In this document: in pieces, positions 8,684 through 13,642 of the stretch | Numbering within the stretch: position 1 is the stretch's first letter | Layout: every line of letters starts with the position of its first letter | Assembly (NCBI GenBank): GCA_036679605.1 | Contig: JAZDCZ010000363.1 | Location: 1 to 13,642 of the forward strand | Source of the DNA: Gemmatimonadota bacterium | Lineage (GTDB): Bacteria; Gemmatimonadota; Gemmatimonadetes; Gemmatimonadales; GWC2-71-9 | Length of the DNA stretch: 13,642 nucleotides | Direction of reading: 5' to 3' | Made by a program: the position numbers and the translations under genes | Notes under the pieces: model-generated | Databases searched by the model: none | Seen by the model: the letters and a program-made list of their open reading frames with translations, nothing else | What the model was told of the DNA's origin: nothing

Positions 8684-9769
8684 ATGCGCACGCTGCCTGT
8701 TAGGAATGCTGCTTCAATCCTGCTAGTCGTTGCAGGGTGCGGAGACTGGGAAGGAATTCAACGTAGGGCACCAGCGGAGATCGAGCACAGCAACATCGAG
8801 GTCGTTGAGATAGGTGCTCGGATACTTTCCGAGTCGGAGGTGCTGGGTCTTCCATCCGACATCGCAATCATTGGAAACAGATTGGTCGTCATCGATATGA
8901 GCGGCGACCCGGCGCTTCTGGTATTCGATCGCGCTAGCGGAGTCTTCGAACGCTCATTGGGCGGGCCCGGAGAGGGTCCAGGAGAATTCAAAGTAGCTTG
9001 GTCGCTCGATCCGGTTCCGGGCAGTGACCTGGATCTGTGGGTCTACGACATATCGTTAACGAGACTCACGAAGATCAGTTTGGTGCCTAATCCTGTCCAA
9101 GCTAGAGATGTCAATGGCGAGATAGTTAGCCTTCGGTCCGAAGGGATGCCAACCGGACCGCTTTGGCTCGACGATGATACGATAGTCAGCCTAGGCCTCT
9201 TTCCTGGTGGGCGCCTGGCGTTCTTCGATAACTCAGGAGCGCAGACGGCCAGCACAGGAAGTGTCCCACCGGGTCCTTCAAACGTGCCAGCCAGTGTAAG
9301 ACAGCATGCCTATCAAGCCACGATGGTGGTGCACCCGCGGCGACGGATGCTGGCAGCGGTCACAAGACGCGCCAGCAAGATTGAGATCTACCGGTCAGAC
9401 GGTTCGCCCATCGTGCAAGTTGATGGACCGCTTCCATTTGAGGTGACGTATGCGCTCAGGTCGAGTCCACGTGGGCCCGTGTTTAAGACGGAGCCCTATC
9501 ACCGTTTGGGCTACATTGACGGGACCGGGTCAAGTGAGTACATCTTTGCGTTGTTCTCCGGCCGAACGTGGGGAGAGTTCTCAGACCGAGCGGGCTTCGG
9601 AAGATTCGTACACATATTCGATTGGGATGGCACCTTCAAGAGGGCACTTCGCCTTGATCAGGATGTCCTTAGTATCGCCGTGGACAAAGAATCGACGACG
9701 TTGTACGCTGTGCGGCATTATCCGCATCCTGCAATACTGCTATACTCGCTTGTCGACGAGGTGCTGTGA
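8684..9769 (+). CDS. TolB-like 6-bladed beta-propeller lipoprotein (BF3164-like)
   Basis: Lipobox VAG-C19. Motifs LGGPGEGPGEF, LWVYD, YIFALFSGRT, VHIFDWDG, IAVD...LYAV. Confidence 0.85.
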   Translation: MRTLPVRNAASILLVVAGCGDWEGIQRRAPAEIEHSNIEVVEIGARILSESEVLGLPSDIAIIGNRLVVIDMSGDPALLVFDRASGVFERSLGGPGEGPGEFKVAWSLDPVPGSDLDLWVYDISLTRLTKISLVPNPVQARDVNGEIVSLRSEGMPTGPLWLDDDTIVSLGLFPGGRLAFFDNSGAQTASTGSVPPGPSNVPASVRQHAYQATMVVHPRRRMLAAVTRRASKIEIYRSDGSPIVQVDGPLPFEVTYALRSSPRGPVFKTEPYHRLGYIDGTGSSEYIFALFSGRTWGEFSDRAGFGRFVHIFDWDGTFKRALRLDQDVLSIAVDKESTTLYAVRHYPHPAILLYSLVDEVL

Positions 9770-9816
9770 TCACGAGACGTGACTTCCACTGTGCTGCCGC
9801 AATCGAAGTTGGCCGA

Positions 9817-11979
9817 TTACCGTCTTGCTATCGCCCCGAACGATGTAGACGCGAGAGCTTCTGCCACACGCATAACGTCATTTAGGGAATTGCTAACGAA
9901 CCGCAAGCGAACTGACTTGTCCAAGATCACATACATGGGTGTTTCCCATAGACCAAGGGCTTGCCGAATCATTCCCCGCACGTCCTGAAAAATCGGTAAC
10001 CTTCTGACCGAGATAAGCGCTCGAACATCGGCAGACGGCGCGTTATGGGTAACGATCAAGACCCGGCCACCTCCTACCTCAAGCCGATCGGCCACCGTTT
10101 GCAAGAGCGGTAGCTCATTCCGACACGGTGCACATACCGACGAGTGGAAGGCGAGCAGCGTGATCCTCCCGGCTGCCAGCTCGTGCAGACCTTGCACTTG
10201 ATCTGTTGAGTCCAGAAGTTCCACATCTCTGGAGATACTCTTGTTAATAGTTTGAGCGAGAGCGCGCCGCCACATCTCGAGACGAGCACGTTCGGCGGCT
10301 TGCTCCCACTGTTCGCGATTGATGAGTTCGGCGGCAATCGCGATGGTGGAGTCGGCGGAAGCCGAGGCTACATTGGGATCCACTGCCACCCGCGCCAACA
10401 TCTCGATGGCACCTGCGGTATCGGCAACTTGTAGTCTGATGTCGGCAATTATTCTTGAGGCGGAGGGATCCCAACCAGAAGCCGCGGCTGCCATCAACAT
10501 ATCCTGGCCGGCCTCGATCTCACCAGTTTCTACTAGCATTTTGCCCAGAGGCACCCGAATCTTGTTGCGTCTTGTTTCGTCGCGGCCTTCCTGTTCACCG
10601 ACGGCCACATATAGATCTCGGTTCCGGGTCGTTTCATCGTCGATGCGAAGGAGTTGTGCCTGGAGCTGCTCTACGGCGTTGGATCTGAGTTCTGACACCT
10701 CGCCCATCCGCCGTGCTATTTCCAGAGCCGTCCAGGGCTCGATCGCGATACGGCGGTCGGCCCACCGCACAATGCCGTCTATATCTTGAGCGGCCAACGC
10801 CGTACGAAAACCCTGCCGTGCTAGCCTCACATGTGCCCGATTGGACACACTCCAAAGACCTTCCAACTCGATCAGCAGGCGATCTTTGGATCTACCATAC
10901 TGACGAACATTATCTTGGACACGCAGCTCGATAGCGAGCGAATGCTCTGGTGCCTGTGCTAGCAAACGCTCGCGCCAATATCGTATGGTACTAGGGTCCG
11001 CTTGTGTGGTTAGGGCAAACAAATACATACCAGCTATGTCGTCATCATCAAGTGATGGCTGTGCGGCAGATCTCGTTTGTAGCCGTGCGAAACGCTGAGA
11101 GTGACGAGCACGGAGGCTATCGATGCTGTTCGTGCTAGCTAGAGCCGCCTCGAACCCGTTCAACCTGACCCACGCGTCGGGTAGAAGTGGGTAGAGTTCC
11201 GCGGCAATCCTCGCAGTCTCAAATGCCGCCTCCCAGTTGCGACCGATCAAGTCGTTCTGCTTCTGGACAAGGGCGCGATATTCCGGTTTGCCGGTGTCGT
11301 CGTGAGTCATGAGCTCCCACAGCTTCCGGCCGTTGCTATCAACCCGCTGGATGGCTGAGTCCTCCACTGCAAATACCGCATATACCACTGAGTCAGGCAG
11401 AATGAATGTTCCGGCGAACTTCCGTCGGCTCTTCTTGGAAAGCTCGCCCACCACAATCTGTTGCATTCCGTCGTTGTAGGCTCGATCGCCAGGTCTCCGA
11501 TAGCGAGCCCGCAGGACTAGCCGCTCCTCGCCAGACAACATCGACGTGGCGCGATACTCGACTGTTATTCGATCTCCCGTTCTCGGTTTCTGCGGCGTCA
11601 AGTGCAACTCGCCTGTCGTCAGCTCGGCACCCAGGTCGGAAGATGAAACGACAAACAGGAGGCCCACTCCCGCAAGCAGGACGAGTGTAGCGGCGACCAT
11701 CATCGGACGCGCTACTGATCGGTGCCGCAGTGGGTTGTTCGTTGGCAGCTCGACTCTGTCGCCCGCCTGGTTTCTTGCGAGGATCTGCCCCAATAGCTCT
11801 GGCCGAGGGGTCTTTAGCGGAAGTGACTGTGCCTGCTGGGTTAGCTCACGAATGGATGCTAAAGTGCGTTGACACGACCGGCACTTGGCCACGTGAGCTG
11901 CCGTGCGCTCGCGTAGTCTTCCGTTCAATTCTTGGTCAGCGAGGTCGTTCAGTCGGGAACGCGACGGGTGCCAAATCAT
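9817..11979 (-). CDS. Anti-sigma factor (zf-HC2) fused to an extracytoplasmic TlpA-like thioredoxin protein, 720 aa
   Basis: N-terminal HPS...L..LAD.EL...HVAKCRSC (HxxxCxxC). TM helix MMVAATLVLLAGVGLLFVV. Helical middle region. C-terminal LLAFHSSVCAPCRNELP...WETPMYVILDK. ATGA overlap with the sigma gene. Confidence 0.85.
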   Translation of the reverse strand: MIWHPSRSRLNDLADQELNGRLRERTAAHVAKCRSCQRTLASIRELTQQAQSLPLKTPRPELLGQILARNQAGDRVELPTNNPLRHRSVARPMMVAATLVLLAGVGLLFVVSSSDLGAELTTGELHLTPQKPRTGDRITVEYRATSMLSGEERLVLRARYRRPGDRAYNDGMQQIVVGELSKKSRRKFAGTFILPDSVVYAVFAVEDSAIQRVDSNGRKLWELMTHDDTGKPEYRALVQKQNDLIGRNWEAAFETARIAAELYPLLPDAWVRLNGFEAALASTNSIDSLRARHSQRFARLQTRSAAQPSLDDDDIAGMYLFALTTQADPSTIRYWRERLLAQAPEHSLAIELRVQDNVRQYGRSKDRLLIELEGLWSVSNRAHVRLARQGFRTALAAQDIDGIVRWADRRIAIEPWTALEIARRMGEVSELRSNAVEQLQAQLLRIDDETTRNRDLYVAVGEQEGRDETRRNKIRVPLGKMLVETGEIEAGQDMLMAAAASGWDPSASRIIADIRLQVADTAGAIEMLARVAVDPNVASASADSTIAIAAELINREQWEQAAERARLEMWRRALAQTINKSISRDVELLDSTDQVQGLHELAAGRITLLAFHSSVCAPCRNELPLLQTVADRLEVGGGRVLIVTHNAPSADVRALISVRRLPIFQDVRGMIRQALGLWETPMYVILDKSVRLRFVSNSLNDVMRVAEALASTSFGAIARR

Positions 11980-12530
11980 CGTTCATCACCGATTACGCGG
12001 CGGAGGAGTTCCCGTGCGCGATGGAGTCTCATCCTAGAAGCTCCACTCGTGATTCCTAGCATGACTGCAATCTCCGAATGTGAATACCCTTCCGACTCCT
12101 TCAACACGAAGACGACACGAAATGACGTGGGAAGGCTTTTGAGTGCTTCTTCAAGCGTCACTCGCTCACAGTATCGTAACGGAGGGTCTGTCCGTGCATC
12201 TTGCGGTAGCTCGTCGAGCGACATCTCGGCCCTTCTCCTGTCGGAGCGGAGTTTTATCAATGCGGCTCTCACCGCAACCTTTCTTATCCACGCCCCAAGA
12301 TTTCCGCGGCCCTCATATTTCCGGAGGGCGTTCGGAAGGTCTAGAAAGATATTTTGCACGACATCTTCTGCGTCCATTTGGGAGTGCACCAAGTAGTAAG
12401 CGACCGTGTATACGACCCCTGCGTATCGTTTGTATAATCGTGCGATGGTTTCCGGGTCCCCGGACCGTGCACGATTCAAGAATACGGAGAACTCGCGCTT
12501 GCCAAGGCCTGGTGTCACGTCAACCGGCAT
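11976..12530 (-). CDS. ECF-type (group 4 sigma-70) RNA polymerase sigma factor
   Basis: Region 2 reads DAEDVVQNIF...AWIRKVAVR. Region 4 reads LP..FRVVFVLKESEGYSHSEIAVMLGI..GASRMRLHRAR. ATG 12530 is preferred over GTG 12560, which abuts the predicted -10 box. Confidence 0.93.
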   Translation of the reverse strand: MPVDVTPGLGKREFSVFLNRARSGDPETIARLYKRYAGVVYTVAYYLVHSQMDAEDVVQNIFLDLPNALRKYEGRGNLGAWIRKVAVRAALIKLRSDRRRAEMSLDELPQDARTDPPLRYCERVTLEEALKSLPTSFRVVFVLKESEGYSHSEIAVMLGITSGASRMRLHRARELLRRVIGDER

Positions 12531-12562
12531 TATCTGCGAGGCTCCGTAGCCCACATACACAT

Positions 12563-12589
12563 GGTGCCATGAACCAGACGAAAGTTACA
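12563..12589 (-). promoter_or_regulatory. Putative autoregulatory ECF promoter of the sigma/anti-sigma operon
   Basis: Minus strand reads TGTAAC-TTTCGTCTGGTTCATG-GCACC, 32 bp upstream of ATG 12530. Confidence 0.75.
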
Positions 12590-12916
12590 TGGGTCCGCTG
12601 GACGGCCATCCGGACCAAACCGGTGCCCGCCGTTCCGTCGAGTCGAGGAGATGCTGCCAAGGCAGATGAAGTTTGGACGGGGCTCTAGGGGCGCCGGGAT
12701 CGTGAATAAGGCTATGGTGATCATGGCGACCTATAGATACAGCACGAACCGCAGTATCGCGAGGCCGATCGTCAGAGTTTTCACGTCTCAACAACACATG
12801 ATCGTTCATGGGACACCTAGCCAGTGCGCCCAACCGAGCTAACCTCTTATCTACTAGAAACTTAGACGAACCGAGCAAACGGACTGAGTGTCCCGATCCT
12901 GCACCAATACGGTGCA

Positions 12917-12943
12917 TGTGACCTTTTTGCGATTCGTGGCACC
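12917..12943 (+). promoter_or_regulatory. Putative ECF sigma promoter for the six-Cys peptide gene
   Basis: TGTGAC-CTTTTTGCGATTCGTG-GCACC, 147 bp upstream of ATG 13091. Confidence 0.72.
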
Positions 12944-13090
12944 ATTGAATTGTAGGGTAAGGCCGAACATGCGACCCGAGACATCGGGCCCGAAACTCAC
13001 GGATCGAGAGGGGTCACTCACCAGGACGGAGGTTCACGGAAGCAATCGTGAAGTTTCCGGAGTTCTCAAAAAACATTCTAGGAGGATATC

Positions 13091-13300
13091 ATGGCGAAGT
13101 TCAACCAGGACCAGACGGGCATGTTGCAAACAGCCGGGCTCACAACCGATGAGATCAAGTCTCTGGAGACCGCTGGTATTGACCCGGCCTGCTTTCTCAA
13201 GTGTGCCGTAGCGTTTGCGGCTTGCATCGCGGCGGGAGGTAGCGTCATGGAATGCGCAAAGGCACAAGCCGGGTGCATCGCTGCCTGCGTCCTTGGTTGA
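13091..13300 (+). CDS. Six-cysteine peptide, 69 aa; candidate bacteriocin/RiPP precursor
   Basis: Strong AGGAGG RBS (13080-13085). Polar leader-like half, then an Ala-rich core with C-x3-C-x6-C-x9-C-x6-C-x3-C. Confidence 0.8.
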   Translation: MAKFNQDQTGMLQTAGLTTDEIKSLETAGIDPACFLKCAVAFAACIAAGGSVMECAKAQAGCIAACVLG

Positions 13301-13602
13301 AGGAGCGGAGAGAGTTCGACCTGATACGGCAGCGGCCCCACGGTGCTTCCATGTGGCTTCGGTTGTTGTTGGCGACGTGCGCCGATGGCTGTGAGTATGG
13401 AGAGGGCCTTAGATCGACCGATGGGTCCCTACAATCACACCAGTGAACAGTAAAGTGCTTCACCGGCGGACGACGGTGCACTCCCTAAACGGAGTTTTCA
13501 ATTTCAGGAGGTTTCCCAATGGCAGACCCCCCTCTCTGCCAATATGAGTGAGACACCTTTCTACTGTTAGTTTAGTGAGCAGGGCGATGAAGGAGAATGG
13601 GG

Positions 13603-13642
13603 ATGGACACGATGGATGTGGCTCTCTCTGATCATGGTCTGG
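13603..13642 (+). CDS. Possible start of the next gene (runs off the window)
   Basis: AAGGAG at 13590-13595, then ATG at 13603 in a frame open to the end (MDTMDVALSDHGL). The frame choice is ambiguous. Confidence 0.25.
   Translation, partial: MDTMDVALSDHGL

Noticed and set aside
6740..12688. Many antisense or alternate-frame ORFs over the S41, propeller, anti-sigma and sigma genes
   Set aside because: Shadow ORFs of well-supported genes with no motifs of their own.
12879..12905. ACGGAC-N16-GCACC as a sixth promoter copy
   Set aside because: Poor -35 match, with neither the T-tract nor TTCRTG.
8113..12943. Repeated 27-bp motif as a CRISPR repeat or recombination site
   Set aside because: The copies are dispersed, have a variable middle, are not regularly spaced and are always oriented toward a gene start. 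No cas genes are present.
8098..12955. TGGCAC inside the repeated motif as a sigma-54 -24 box
   Set aside because: The required TTGC at -12 is absent in all four copies (only the S41 copy has TTGA). The conservation lies upstream in a -35-like box instead.
13252..13446. Small ORF after the six-Cys peptide as an immunity gene
   Set aside because: Overlaps the peptide gene, has no convincing RBS at its internal ATG and no recognisable features.

Overview
The window has two parts. (i) 1-1981 is a mobile-element pile-up: an IS3-family element whose right end sits inside the orfB of a second IS3-family element, whose right inverted repeat in turn cuts off the N-terminus of a serine recombinase gene. 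(ii) About 2700-13300 is an accessory cell-envelope cluster whose protein families suggest Gemmatimonadota (inference). It holds an ECF sigma factor coupled to an unusual anti-sigma (zinc-finger HxxxCxxC, TM helix, large extracytoplasmic region, C-terminal TlpA-like CxxC thioredoxin), a divergent S41 protease, three beta-propeller-type envelope proteins, a barrel-less TonB-plug protein and three small Cys-rich peptides. The main observation is a 27-bp bipartite motif, TGTRACYTTY-N6-TTCRTGGCACC. It occurs in four near-identical, correctly oriented copies upstream of the sigma gene, the protease and two peptide genes, with a weaker fifth copy upstream of the third peptide operon. This suggests one self-regulating ECF regulon built around disulfide-rich peptides. 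One peptide has mirror-symmetric Cys spacing (3-6-9-6-3) resembling the glycocin helix-loop-helix scaffold. All family assignments come from motif recognition by eye, not database searches.
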